The position numbers were made by a program, and so were the translations under genes. The notes beneath the pieces were generated by a model. It worked only from the letters and a program-made list of their open reading frames with translations, ran no database searches and was not told the DNA's origin. Shown one piece after another: positions 24,218 to 37,869 of a DNA stretch of 41,205 bases. The first letter of the stretch is position 1. Each line of letters begins with the position of its first letter. Location of the stretch: NCBI GenBank assembly GCA_013239625.1, contig MU053823.1, positions 459,698 to 500,902 of the forward strand. Reading direction: 5' to 3'. The DNA comes from Lama guanicoe (taxonomy: Eukaryota).

Positions 24218-24686
24218 TGTTAAGAAATAAATTTAGCGATGCAACCTCAGAAATTGTGGTCAGTTGGGATCGTGCAATTCCAGTCATCAGCTCAGAGAAC
24301 TCAAGGTTTAAGTTTCCTTCTTTTTTTAAATGGAGGGACTGGGGATTGAACGCAGGACCTCATGCTTGCTACTCATGCGCTCTACCACTGAGCTACACCC
24401 TCCCCCCACTTGTGCACTTTTATTTTTCATCAGACCCAGTATGATGGCTGGTCCTCCTTCCTTGGCACCTAATTGTAAACTCATCTACTGATAACTGTTT
24501 CATAAGTGAAATTTTATGACTTTTGTTCATGCTAGTCAGACTCCCTTGTTCAAATCTGAGATCGTTCCCCCAAATCCGGGGCCTCCCAAACAAGAGGACA
24601 GGGTTGGGACTACAGAGACCCCACCAAAGCAAAACCACCATCTGTCTTTCTTCCATTATATTAATTTCTTAGCTCTTTCTTCAACA
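24218..24686. mobile_element. Probable solo LTR interrupted by a Vic-1-like SINE at ~24320-24407 (present in all four units)
   Basis: tgttaaga...ttcaaca termini; SINE head ggggattgaacgcagg...ctctaccactgagcta. Confidence 0.5.
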
Positions 24687-24857
24687 AATAGAGTCTGAAA
24701 GTGCTCTGTAAACATACTGCTGCAGATTTTTGTTGGCATCATCCTGATTGTTCCACTAAATAGTTCTGAATGATGATTTGTCCAAAGTCCATCTCTGACT
24801 GATATTGGCAGAACAGTGTTTCTCATTCAAACATGCTGGACAAGGTGACTGTGTGTG

Positions 24858-25016
24858 GTTTTTGGTTTTTGTTTTGTTTTGCAGGGGGAGATAGGTTTAT
24901 TTATTTATTTATTCATTTATTTATTCATTTATTTATTTTTGATGGAGGTATGGGGATTGAACCCAGGACCTTGTGCACGCTAAGCACGTGCTCTACCACT
25001 GAGCTATGCTCTCCCC
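24858..25016 (-). mobile_element. Vic-1-like SINE (present in all four units)
   Basis: ggggattgaacccaggacc...ctctaccactgagctatgctctcccc. Confidence 0.85.
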
Positions 25017-26511
25017 TGAGTGTGTTTTAAAGATCCATTTTTTTTGCGTTTAAGGATGTGCATTGAGTCACTGCAATCTTTGTATCCTCTTCTTCACTCT
25101 CTACAAATTGTCCATATTCACTGCTGCCCTACGCTGAAGTAAAGTTCTAGCTAGACAGATTGCCGAGAGATTTTGTGTCTGTTCTATAGAAATATTTGAA
25201 TGTCCTCAGTGTCCAGTAACAGCATAATGGGTAAATCAGTGTAACATGCACATAATGGATTACTTTTCAGCAGTGAAAAATATCAGTTATATTCATACCT
25301 ATATCAACCTGCAAAAATCTATGAAATACATTGAGAAAAAAATGGTAGAAAAATATCCTGCAATATTGTTTCTATAAAATTTACGTATTTGCGGACCAAT
25401 GCTTCATAATGTTTATGGATCCAAATATATGGAGTGAAGCTATAAAGAAATGAAGGGGAAAATGGACGCCAATGCAGGATGGTGGTTTCATCAGGAGGAT
25501 GGGAAAAAAGACTGGGAGGGTTATGCAGGAGTTTTTGCCTGTATTTGTAATATAGTTAAATTATAATACTCGACATTTAAAAATTTAAAATAAAAACAAA
25601 AGATCAGGTTAAAAATAGTAGCAATAATCCAGGTGAGAGTGGTGAGGTTGATTTAAGGTAGGGACAGTTGGAATTAAAGACGGGGCTAAATAAAGCAGTG
25701 ATCCACAAATTTTTCCTCTTTCGTTCTCCTAACAAGCGATGTAACCTACCTCATACTACCTGACATAACCCCAAGTATCCTACCAAGTCTAGAGTTTTAT
25801 ATTTGAAGTCCATGTGAATTTTGCATTTTACCCAATAGACACATGTTCAAGATCAGCATGTTTTATATTAATTATAGAAGAGTCAACTTATATTTTTAAC
25901 TCTGTAATTCCATGTCTGAAATTTTTCTAAGGATAAAATATGGAGAATGACTCATGAACAATGACTCATAACACTACTCCGCCATGAAAACTGCAAATAA
26001 AACCAAGTCCAGAGATAAACGTTCTTTTAGGTAAAATATGTATCTGATCATTGCATGTAAAATAGCCATTAAATTAACTATGTAGACGTTGGGGATGTGA
26101 AAAACATTCCCATGACATGTTAAGTGACTGCAGAGAGGTAGAAAGCTACATGTACACTGTGATCTTAGCTATAGGAATCAGACAGAATCAGGTACCGTTT
26201 TTGGTATATTTGTCTACATTATTTTACATTTTCTCAAATTTTTTAAAGTAACATTTAGCATATGAGATCTGGCAGAGAAAGCTGATGACTTTAGAAAAAT
26301 AGGTTATTCAGTTGCTCTAAATCTCAGCTTCTTTATCTACGAAGCCTAAATATTAATGCCTGCCTCAAGGAGGAGTGAATTATGTTTATAAGTAACTCAT
26401 ATAATGTTTGCCCATAATAGGCGATCCATAAATGCCAGGTTCCTTCTATCTAGGATCTAATATACTGTCATGTGGATAATGACTATGCAGAAAGTAACTA
26501 GTCATTAAGGC

Positions 26512-26550
26512 TGTGTGTGTGTGTCTCTGTGTGTGTGTGTGTGTGTGTGT
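26512..26550. repeat. Interrupted (TG)n microsatellite (same length in units 1-3)
   Basis: Seen directly; copies at 31462-31500 and 36854-36892. Confidence 0.9.
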
Positions 26551-26700
26551 AACTAAGGACATCATTTATGATGGATTTTCCAGAAAGACAGATTGAACAT
26601 AAATACACTGACAATTCAGATCCAATAGCTCATAAACCAGACATACCGTTTTATTCTAGCATTTACCGGAGAACATGCCTCCTGTTCTGTTTCTGACAGA

Positions 26701-27115
26701 CTACCCACACCCACACTCGTCAACCACCATGTCTTCATAATGCCGGAGAATGACATTGTCATCGTTGTCCTGATAGAGCATGGAAATGGGGGACAGCTTG
26801 GTGGGAATGCACACAGCCTGCGGAACCTCCGGGTCAACCGCGTGCATCAGCGCTTGCATGAAGGCGTAATTGGAGCTGTTGAGGGCAGTGGTCAGTGAGA
26901 AAGGACAATCTCCATGGCAGTAATTTGCCATGAAACCCTTGGGGGCAATGATCCACTTGTGCCAACCCAGGTCCCGGAAGTTGATGAAGAGCTGGTGCCG
27001 GTGGCAGAGGCTCTTGCAGGAAGCCCGAGAGGCAGGGATGGCCGCCCTCCTGGTGCGGGAAGAAGGGCGGCACTGCTCCGGGTGGAGGGTCACCACCAGC
27101 AGAGAAGCGTGAAGA
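26701..27115 (-). pseudogene. GDF3: 5'-truncated GDF3 terminal exon copy in unit 1 (LHASLLVV to stop), no splice acceptor of its own
   Basis: Matches 31651-32065, then switches at 27114/27115 to the sequence first seen at 22164. Confidence 0.85.
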
Positions 27116-30100
27116 TTATTTTCTGGGGGAGACTCCATATGTTTTATCAGTTTCTCATTAGGAACCTTGATCCTCCAGATGTAAAGAACCATACATGGTT
27201 TAATAAATTTGCCCTTCCCTGTTTCAATCAGCAGAGGGCAGAAAAGCAATACAATTAGCAGAGCCAACCGCCAATAGATAATTTTCTAAGCCTCCTCAAG
27301 TCCTGTCTCAGTTCCTGCCATCTGTTTCCTGCCTTTGCTCTCCCTGTTCCCTAAGCTAAAATTCCCCAACTGCAAGCCCCCTCTTCCTCTGCCAACCTCC
27401 TGCGATCTCTGACTACCCATCTCAGTGCAGCCCTACTTCTTTAATTTAGATGGGGTCACTCTGCCTTTCATACTCCATTTGCATTCTGTGTACACCTGTG
27501 GTAGTTACAGTCTTCCTTTCAAAACAGCTATGAATCTAATGATTATTGTTGGGGGTGGGGGTTAAGGATGAAAATAATAGACTGTGGCTAAACAATCATT
27601 CTTAAATAATTTTTCTCTAAGAAATGTGTGCATCTTTCTCAAAAAGATACATTTCCATTATTGCTACATGACAAATGTAATGGTTGTCTTACTTTTTTTT
27701 TTTTTGTCCAAAACAGTCATACCATCTTACTGCTTAATGTTCCCAAACAACTAAACAGGCAAACAAAAAAGAGTGGGAGAATGCGATCTGTTCACCAATC
27801 CCACTTAAAATTCGGGAATGTATGTATGATTGCATGTGATTTTGCTGATCAATTCTGCCCAGAAAAAGTGACAAAAGCAACAGATCCCAGCCATTTTTTA
27901 TTCAAGTAGATGCCTATTTTCTTTTTATTTTATTTTTTATTGAAGCGCAGTTGATTTACAGTATCAGTGTCAGGTGTACAGTAAAGCAATTTAGTTATAC
28001 ATATATATATATATATATACACACACATATATTTTCATATTCTTTTCCATTATAGCTTATTACATGACATTGAATATAGTTCCCTGTGCTAGACAGTAGA
28101 TGCCTATTTTCAATCAAACTCTTCTCCAAAATCTGCACATTCAGATCTTAGACACGTGTTCCACGTGTTCCACTCACAAGCACAGCACAGAAACCTTTGC
28201 GGTGATAGTTGAAGTGCTCAGTATTGCCCTGAGTAGAAAATAAAGTGGTAACGAAATAATCCACGAATAACCCTTGGTGTCCTGATATTTATGCCTCATT
28301 TTCTTGTTTTAAAAGAAACAATATTGAGGCCTGACCTGATCTGGGGATGCATGATTTGATGACAAACTACCCAAAGGCAGAATCTGTGCCTTTCTCTCTA
28401 CCTTTCAAGGCATTCAATAAATGTCAAATTGAATTGAACTAAATTGATGGTGCAATTTCAAACTAAACCAGCCTGTGGCATGAGGATGCGCCTGTCATTA
28501 AATAAGACCATGAGTCTTGAAATGTCGTGACATAGCTGTGCTATATACACATTGTGTATAATTTATTTATATTTTGGAATTTATATTTCATCCCATTCTG
28601 CCCAAATTGCAGTATATAACTTGACTTACCAGGTACATGTTTATTTATAGACTCATTTAACTGGACATTTAAGATTTTTAAAAAGTACATAAGATAAATA
28701 ATACGGGAAGGAAGCCAGAAGGCTTGTAATGTGTGCTCCTCTCCATCTTCAGGTGTGATGACAGTCTCAGCAGACAATGTGATTGACTTAGGAGTGAACA
28801 AACCTGCCAATGACAGAACTACTGGGGAAGGAAACGGCCACTGTCTTTTTTTTTTTTTTTTTTGAAGTATAGTCAGTTACAATGTGTCGATTTCTGGTGC
28901 ACAGCATAATGCCCCAGTCATGCATATATATACGTATATTAGTTTTCATATTCTTTTTCATTAAATGTTATTGTACGATATTGAATAAGTCCCCCATGCT
29001 ATACAGAAGAAATTTGTTTTCTATTTATTTTTGTATATAGTGGTTATCAGCCACTGTCTTTTTAGTGACTTTTAAAAATAACATGAATATTTTAAACACA
29101 GACCCCATCCTCCCAAATCAAAATCTATTTCTTCGACTCAGGAGATCTGTCAGTAACAATTCTGTTCTGTTAAGAAATAAATTTAGCGATGCAACCTCAG
29201 AAATTGTGGTCAGTTGGGATCGTGCAATTCCAGTCATCAGCTCAGAGAACTCAAGGTTTAAGTTTCCTTCTTTTTTTAAATGGAGGGACTGGGGATTGAA
29301 CGCAGGACCTCATGCTTGCTACTCATGCGCTCTACCACTGAGCTACACCCTCCCCCCACTTGTGCACTTTTATTTTTCATCAGACCCAGTATGATGGCTG
29401 GTCCTCCTTCCTTGGCACCTAATTGTAAACTCATCTACTGATAACTGTTTCATAAGTGAAATTTTATGACTTTTGTTCATGCTAGTCAGACTCCCTTGTT
29501 CAAATCTGAGATCGTTCCCCCAAATCCGGGGCCTCCCAAACAAGAGGACAGGGTTGGGACTACAGAGACCCCACCAAAGCAAAACCACCATCTGTCTTTC
29601 TTCCATTATATTAATTTCTTAGCTCTTTCTTCAACAAATAGAGTCTGAAAGTGCTCTGTAAACATACTGCTGCAGATTTTTGTTGGCATCATCCTGATTG
29701 TTCCACTAAATAGTTCTGAATGATGATTTGTCCAAAGTCCATCTCTGACTGATATTGGCAGAACAGTGTTTCTCATTCAAACATGCTGGACAAGGTGACT
29801 GTGTGTGGTTTTTGGTTTTTGTTTTGTTTTGCAGGGGGAGATAGGTTTATTTATTTATTTATTCATTTATTTATTCATTTATTTATTTTTGATGGAGGTA
29901 TGGGGATTGAACCCAGGACCTTGTGCACGCTAAGCACGTGCTCTACCACTGAGCTATGCTCTCCCCTGAGTGTGTTTTAAAGATCCATTTTTTTTGCGTT
30001 TAAGGATGTGCATTGAGTCACTGCAATCTTTGTATCCTCTTCTTCACTCTCTACAAATTGTCCATATTCACTGCTGCCCTACGCTGAAGTAAAGTTCTAG

Positions 30101-31599
30101 CTAGACAGATTGCCGAGAGATTTTGTGTCTGTTCTATAGAAATATTTGAATGTCCTCAGTGTCCAGTAACAGCATAATGGGTAAATCAGTGTAACATGCA
30201 CATAATGGATTACTTTTCAGCAGTGAAAAATATCAGTTATATTCATACCTATATCAACCTGCAAAAATCTATGAAATACATTGAGAAAAAAATGGTAGAA
30301 AAATATCCTGCAATATTGTTTCTATAAAATTTACGTATTTGCGGACCAATGCTTCATAATGTTTATGGATCCAAATATATGGAGTGAAGCTATAAAGAAA
30401 TGAAGGGGAAAATGGACGCCAATGCAGGATGGTGGTTTCATCAGGAGGATGGGAAAAAAGACTGGGAGGGTTATGCAGGAGTTTTTGCCTGTATTTGTAA
30501 TATAGTTAAATTATAATACTCGACATTTAAAAATTTAAAATAAAAACAAAAGATCAGGTTAAAAATAGTAGCAATAATCCAGGTGAGAGTGGTGAGGTTG
30601 ATTTAAGGTAGGGACAGTTGGAATTAAAGACGGGGCTAAATAAAGCAGTGATCCACAAATTTTTCCTCTTTCGTTCTCCTAACAAGTGATGTAACCTACC
30701 TCATACTACCTGACATAACCCCAAGTATCCTACCAAGTCTAGAGTTTTATATTTGAAGTCCATGTGAATTTTGCATTTTACCCAATAGACACATGTTCAA
30801 GATCAGCATGTTTTATATTAATTATAGAAGAGTCAACTTATATTTTTAACTCTGTAATTCCATGTCTGAAATTTTTCTAAGGATAAAATATGGAGAATGA
30901 CTCATGAACAATGACTCATAACACTATTCCGCCATGAAAACTGCAAATAAAACCAAGTCCAGTGATAAACGTTCTTTTAGGTAAAATATGTATCTGATCA
31001 TTGCATGTAAAATAGCCATTAAATTAACTATGTAGACGTTGGGGATGTGAAAAACATTCCCATGACATGTTAAGTGAGTGCAGAGAGGTAGAAAGCTACA
31101 TGTACACTGTGATCTTAGCTATAGGAATCAGACAGAATCAGGTACCGTTTTTGGTATATTTGTCTACATTATTTTACATTTTCTCAAATTTTTTAAAGTA
31201 ACATTTAGCATATGAGATCTGGCAGAGAAAGCTGATGACTTTAGAAAAATAGGTTATTCAGTTGCTCTAAATCTCAGCTTCTTTATCTACGAAGCCTAAA
31301 TATTAATGCCTGCCTCAAGGAGGAGTGAATTATGTTTATAAGTAACTCATATAATGTTTGCCCATAATAGGCGATCCATAAATGCCAGGTTCCTTCTATC
31401 TAGGATCTAATATACTGTCATGTGGATAATGACTATGCAGAAAGTAACTAGTCATTAAGGCTGTGTGTGTGTGTCTCTGTGTGTGTGTGTGTGTGTGTGT
31501 AACTAAGGACATCATTTATGATGGATTTTCCAGAAAGACAGATTGAACATAAATACACTGACAATTCAGATCCAATAGCTCATAAACCAGACATACCGT

Positions 31600-31605
31600 T
31601 TTATT
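31600..31605 (-). terminator. GDF3 poly(A) signal AATAAA (copies at 26650-26655 and 36992-36997)
   Basis: Plus-strand tttatt ~46 nt past the TAG, consistent with a short GDF3 3' UTR. Confidence 0.75.
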
Positions 31606-31650
31606 CTAGCATTTACCGGAGAACATGCCTCCTGTTCTGTTTCTGACAGA

Positions 31651-32477
31651 CTACCCACACCCACACTCGTCAACCACCATGTCTTCATAATGCCGGAGAA
31701 TGACATTGTCATCGTTGTCCTGATAGAGCATGGAAATGGGGGACAGCTTGGTGGGAATGCACACAGCCTGCGGAACCTCCGGGTCAACCGCGTGCATCAG
31801 CGCTTGCATGAAGGCGTAATTGGAGCTGTTGAGGGCAGTGGTCAGTGAGAAAGGACAATCTCCATGGCAGTAATTTGCCATGAAACCCTTGGGGGCAATG
31901 ATCCACTTGTGCCAACCCAGGTCCCGGAAGTTGATGAAGAGCTGGTGCCGGTGGCAGAGGCTCTTGCAGGAAGCCCGAGAGGCAGGGATGGCCGCCCTCC
32001 TGGTGCGGGAAGAAGGGCGGCACTGCTCCGGGTGGAGGGTCACCACCAGCAGAGAAGCGTGAAGAGAACGTCTCAGTCTGGCGCAGGTGTCCTCAAGCTG
32101 AAAATCCTCCCCAGAGGCTCTCTCTCCTTTGACCAGTATCTCTAGGAATAAACCTAAGTTCTTCCCAGAGTGATGACTCCTCTTGATCACATCCAGCAGG
32201 TTAAAGTGAAGGACCCCTTGAGGCCGTGGTACTGACTGCAGTACAAACACTTTACCCGTCTTGGGGGTGGCCTGGCCCCGCACATGTGGCTCCTGCACCA
32301 GGGACAGAGCCAATTCCAGTTCTGGTCCCAGGCTATAGTAAGTGTTGGGCCCCAAGTCCAGGCCCAGCTGGGCCATCGTGAACTGCTCCCCGCCACTAAT
32401 GGCAGGCAGGTTAAAGGAAAGAAGCCTCTTTAGGCAGCAGGAGGCTTGGGAAGGGCTCTTGGAGTAAAGAAAGAAAC
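31651..32477 (-). CDS. GDF3: GDF3 terminal coding exon, complete copy in unit 2 (prodomain C-part, RTRR furin site, TGF-beta mature domain)
   Basis: Acceptor caactag|GTTTCTTTC; GFFLY...RTRRAAIP...[35 protein letters not shown]...QAVCIP...DECGCG*. QAVC in place of CC (no dimerising cysteine) is typical of GDF3. 827 nt; exon 1 is not in the window. Confidence 0.93.
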
Positions 32478-32999
32478 CTAGTTGGGAACAGAGAGATGTG
32501 AGAGTCACCATAACATATTTTATTTCCCATCCACCTACACGGTACAAATGTCCAATATTATATGCTTATCCACACACACAGAACCAGGGCGGGGAATTAC
32601 CAGTTATAGCCAAGCCCTACCACGTGGGACGATTTGTTCCACTCACTCATTTATGGTTCTTATCCTCATATCTGCAGGTCCCTGAGGGGTCCTGAATAGC
32701 ATTTAGAAGGTCTGTAATCTTGCATGGGAAAAAGAATTACATCTGTATTTTTGCTAAACTCTAGTAAGTGGAATTTAGCATTTCTTTGAATTATGAATAT
32801 AACTGAAAACAAATAGGCTTTTGTTTTCAACATATAGGCTACAAATCCCAATAATATTATAAGGGCCTGTGACACTGTCAACCAATAAAAACCATAGGCA
32901 TGTGCATACATTAAGTTGTTACAAATTATCTTAAAATAACATTTATGCTCAAACTACATTTTCTGATTTATGCTCAAACTACTTTAAATAAATGGTATT

Positions 33000-33220
33000 C
33001 CCTAGATCTTATCTGTTGCATTGATAAAGCATCATACACGTTACTATATGTACATTTGTTTTTAAAATATTTTTGTAAATGTATTTCAATATTTAATTAA
33101 TTTCTTTCAAAATTCTAAATATTTTATCTCAGGCGGGCAAACCATTATTCTGAGAAGGGGTTTAGTGGCTTCAACAGAACTGCCAAAGGGGCCCATGGTA
33201 CAAAAATGTTTAAAAACATT
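33000..33220. mobile_element. hAT/Charlie-type DNA transposon fragment in the GDF3 intron (copy at 38392-38612)
   Basis: attattctgagaagggg...ctgccaaaggggcccatggtacaaaaatgtttaa. Confidence 0.5.
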
Positions 33221-36200
33221 CAAATCGCTTATGTTTTATCTTTAGGTAATTCTTACCTAAAGCCCACAGTTTTCAATGTCAATAATTTCTAGTCTTGTAT
33301 CTTTGAATACTACTCCCATCTCACTGAATATTGAGATGCAATGTGATTCTTCAGTTTCTCCACATGGACCCCGTTCTCTGCATCTTTCTTATTTGGGTTG
33401 GTGGGGAGGTAATTGGATTATTTATTTATTTATTTATTTTATTATAGCTTATTACATGACATTGAATATAGTTCCCTGTGCTAGACAGTAGATGCCTATT
33501 TTCAATCAAACTCTTCTCCAAAATCTGCACATTCAGATCTTAGACACGTGTTCCACGTGTTCCACTCACAAGCACAGCACAGAAACCTTTGCGGTGATAG
33601 TTGAAGTGCTCAGTATTGCCCTGAGTAGAAAATAAAGTGGTAACGAAATAATCCACGAATAACCCTTGGTGTCCTGATATTTATGCCTCATTTTCTTGTT
33701 TTAAAAGAAACAATATTGAGGCCTGACCTGATCTGGGGATGCATGATTTGATGACAAACTACCCAAAGGCAGAATCTGTGCCTTTCTCTCTACCTTTCAA
33801 GGCATTCAATAAATGTCAAATTGAATTGAACTAAATTGATGGTGCAATTTCAAACTAAACCAGCCTGTGGCATGAGGATGCGCCTGTCATTAAATAAGAC
33901 CATGAGTCTTGAAATGTCGTGACATAGCTGTGCTATATACACATTGTGTATAATTTATTTATATTTTGGAATTTATATTTCATCCCATTCTGCCCAAATT
34001 GCAGTATATAACTTGACTTACCAGGTACATGTTTATTTATAGACTCATTTAACTGGACATTTAAGATTTTTAAAAAGTACATAAGATAAATAATACGGGA
34101 AGGAAGCCAGAAGGCTTGTAATGTGTGCTCCTCTCCATCTTCAGGTGTGATGACAGTCTCAGCAGACAATGTGATTGACTTAGGAGTGAACAAACCTGCC
34201 AATGACAGAACTACTGGGGAAGGAAACGGCCACTGTCTTTTTTTTTTTTTTTTTTGAAGTATAGTCAGTTACAATGTGTCGATTTCTGGTGCACAGCATA
34301 ATGCCCCAGTCATGCATATATATACGTATATTAGTTTTCATATTCTTTTTCATTAAATGTTATTGTACGATATTGAATAAGTCCCCCATGCTATACAGAA
34401 GAAATTTGTTTTCTATTTATTTTTGTATATAGTGGTTATCAGCCACTGTCTTTTTAGTGACTTTTAAAAATAACATGAATATTTTAAACACAGACCCCAT
34501 CCTCCCAAATCAAAATCTATTTCTTCGACTCAGGAGATCTGTCAGTAACAATTCTGTTCTGTTAAGAAATAAATTTAGCGATGCAACCTCAGAAATTGTG
34601 GTCAGTTGGGATCGTGCAATTCCAGTCATCAGCTCAGAGAACTCAAGGTTTAAGTTTCCTTCTTTTTTTAAATGGAGGGACTGGGGATTGAACGCAGGAC
34701 CTCATGCTTGCTACTCATGCGCTCTACCACTGAGCTACACCCTCCCCCCACTTGTGCACTTTTATTTTTCATCAGACCCAGTATGATGGCTGGTCCTCCT
34801 TCCTTGGCACCTAATTGTAAACTCATCTACTGATAACTGTTTCATAAGTGAAATTTTATGACTTTTGTTCATGCTAGTCAGACTCCCTTGTTCAAATCTG
34901 AGATCGTTCCCCCAAATCCGGGGCCTCCCAAACAAGAGGACAGGGTTGGGACTACAGAGACCCCACCAAAGCAAAACCACCATCTGTCTTTCTTCCATTA
35001 TATTAATTTCTTAGCTCTTTCTTCAACAAATAGAGTCTGAAAGTGCTCTGTAAACATACTGCTGCAGATTTTTGTTGGCATCATCCTGATTGTTCCACTA
35101 AATAGTTCTGAATGATGATTTGTCCAAAGTCCATCTCTGACTGATATTGGCAGAACAGTGTTTCTCATTCAAACATGCTGGACAAGGTGACTGTGTGTGG
35201 TTTTTGGTTTTTGTTTTGTTTTGCAGGGGGAGATAGGTTTATTTATTTATTTATTCATTTATTTATTCATTTATTTATTTTTGATGGAGGTATGGGGATT
35301 GAACCCAGGACCTTGTGCACGCTAAGCACGTGCTCTACCACTGAGCTATGCTCTCCCCTGAGTGTGTTTTAAAGATCCATTTTTTTTGCGTTTAAGGATG
35401 TGCATTGAGTCACTGCAATCTTTGTATCCTCTTCTTCACTCTCTACAAATTGTCCATATTCACTGCTGCCCTACGCTGAAGTAAAGTTCTAGCTAGACAG
35501 ATTGCCGAGAGATTTTGTGTCTGTTCTATAGAAATATTTGAATGTCCTCAGTGTCCAGTAACAGCATAATGGGTAAATCAGTGTAACATGCACATAATGG
35601 ATTACTTTTCAGCAGTGAAAAATATCAGTTATATTCATACCTATATCAACCTGCAAAAATCTATGAAATACATTGAGAAAAAAATGGTAGAAAAATATCC
35701 TGCAATATTGTTTCTATAAAATTTACGTATTTGCGGACCAATGCTTCATAATGTTTATGGATCCAAATATATGGAGTGAAGCTATAAAGAAATGAAGGGG
35801 AAAATGGACGCCAATGCAGGATGGTGGTTTCATCAGGAGGATGGGAAAAAAGACTGGGAGGGTTATGCAGGAGTTTTTGCCTGTATTTGTAATATAGTTA
35901 AATTATAATACTCGACATTTAAAAATTTAAAATAAAAACAAAAGATCAGGTTAAAAATAGTAGCAATAATCCAGGTGAGAGTGGTGAGGTTGATTTAAGG
36001 TAGGGACAGTTGGAATTAAAGACGGGGCTAAATAAAGCAGTGATCCACAAATTTTTCCTCTTTCGTTCTCCTAACAAGTGATGTAACCTACCTCATACTA
36101 CCTGACATAACCCCAAGTATCCTACCAAGTCTAGAGTTTTATATTTGAAGTCCATGTGAATTTTGCATTTTACCCAATAGACACATGTTCAAGATCAGCA

Positions 36201-37042
36201 TGTTTTATATTAATTATAGAAGAGTCAACTTATATTTTTAACTCTGTAATTCCATGTCTGAAATTTTTCTAAGGATAAAATATGGAGAATGACTCATGAA
36301 CAATGACTCATAACACTATTCCGCCATGAAAACTGCAAATAAAACCAAGTCCAGTGATAAACGTTCTTTTAGGTAAAATATGTATCTGATCATTGCATGT
36401 AAAATAGCCATTAAATTAACTATGTAGACGTTGGGGATGTGAAAAACATTCCCATGACATGTTAAGTGAGTGCAGAGAGGTAGAAAGCTACATGTACACT
36501 GTGATCTTAGCTATAGGAATCAGACAGAATCAGGTACCGTTTTTGGTATATTTGTCTACATTATTTTACATTTTCTCAAATTTTTTAAAGTAACATTTAG
36601 CATATGAGATCTGGCAGAGAAAGCTGATGACTTTAGAAAAATAGGTTATTCAGTTGCTCTAAATCTCAGCTTCTTTATCTACGAAGCCTAAATATTAATG
36701 CCTGCCTCAAGGAGGAGTGAATTATGTTTATAAGTAACTCATATAATGTTTGCCCATAATAGGCGATCCATAAATGCCAGGTTCCTTCTATCTAGGATCT
36801 AATATACTGTCATGTGGATAATGACTATGCAGAAAGTAACTAGTCATTAAGGCTGTGTGTGTGTGTCTCTGTGTGTGTGTGTGTGTGTGTGTAACTAAGG
36901 ACATCATTTATGATGGATTTTCCAGAAAGACAGATTGAACATAAATACACTGACAATTCAGATCCAATAGCTCATAAACCAGACATACCGTTTTATTCTA
37001 GCATTTACCGGAGAACATGCCTCCTGTTCTGTTTCTGACAGA

Positions 37043-37869
37043 CTACCCACACCCACACTCGTCAACCACCATGTCTTCATAATGCCGGAGAATGACATTG
37101 TCATCGTTGTCCTGATAGAGCATGGAAATGGGGGACAGCTTGGTGGGAATGCACACAGCCTGCGGAACCTCCGGGTCAACCGCGTGCATCAGCGCTTGCA
37201 TGAAGGCGTAATTGGAGCTGTTGAGGGCAGTGGTCAGTGAGAAAGGACAATCTCCATGGCAGTAATTTGCCATGAAACCCTTGGGGGCAATGATCCACTT
37301 GTGCCAACCCAGGTCCCGGAAGTTGATGAAGAGCTGGTGCCGGTGGCAGAGGCTCTTGCAGGAAGCCCGAGAGGCAGGGATGGCCGCCCTCCTGGTGCGG
37401 GAAGAAGGGCGGCACTGCTCCGGGTGGAGGGTCACCACCAGCAGAGAAGCGTGAAGAGAACGTCTCAGTCTGGCGCAGGTGTCCTCAAGCTGAAAATCCT
37501 CCCCAGAGGCTCTCTCTCCTTTGACCAGTATCTCTAGGAATAAACCTAAGTTCTTCCCAGAGTGATGACTCCTCTTGATCACATCCAGCAGGTTAAAGTG
37601 AAGGACCCCTTGAGGCCGTGGTACTGACTGCAGTACAAACACTTTACCCGTCTTGGGGGTGGCCTGGCCCCGCACATGTGGCTCCTGCACCAGGGACAGA
37701 GCCAATTCCAGTTCTGGTCCCAGGCTATAGTAAGTGTTGGGCCCCAAGTCCAGGCCCAGCTGGGCCATCGTGAACTGCTCCCCGCCACTAATGGCAGGCA
37801 GGTTAAAGGAAAGAAGCCTCTTTAGGCAGCAGGAGGCTTGGGAAGGGCTCTTGGAGTAAAGAAAGAAAC
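37043..37869 (-). CDS. GDF3: GDF3 terminal coding exon, complete copy in unit 3
   Basis: Translation identical to 31651-32477 at offset 5392; same acceptor; no exon 1 between it and the next unit. Confidence 0.93.

Larger units (their letters stand above)
22164..27113. repeat. Tandem array unit 1 (4950 bp)
   Basis: Repeated at 27114-32063; ORFs recur at offset 4950; I saw 5 substitutions by eye. Confidence 0.97.
27114..33440. repeat. Tandem array unit 2
   Basis: Its part 28049-33440 recurs at 33441-38832 (offset 5392). Confidence 0.97.

Noticed and set aside
24115..25030. Short ORFs recurring four times as a gene family
   Set aside because: They lie in LTR/SINE sequence and recur only because of the tandem array.
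31784..32145. Overlapping and antisense ORFs on GDF3 exon 2 (likewise on APOBEC1 exon 3)
   Set aside because: Shadow frames of GC-rich coding sequence with no recognisable homology.
32478..32547. N-terminal '[23 protein letters not shown]' of the 298-aa ORFs (also 37870-37939) as a real start
   Set aside because: Intronic read-through upstream of the canonical acceptor at 32478-32479; no GDF3 signal peptide or exon 1 similarity.
32941..32983. 17-bp direct repeat ATTTATGCTCAAACTAC
   Set aside because: Only two copies; an ordinary intronic micro-duplication, not an array.
26701..37869. GDF3 copies as processed retrogenes
   Set aside because: The complete copies retain intron, all retain kilobases of 3' flank, and none has a poly(A) tail or TSD.
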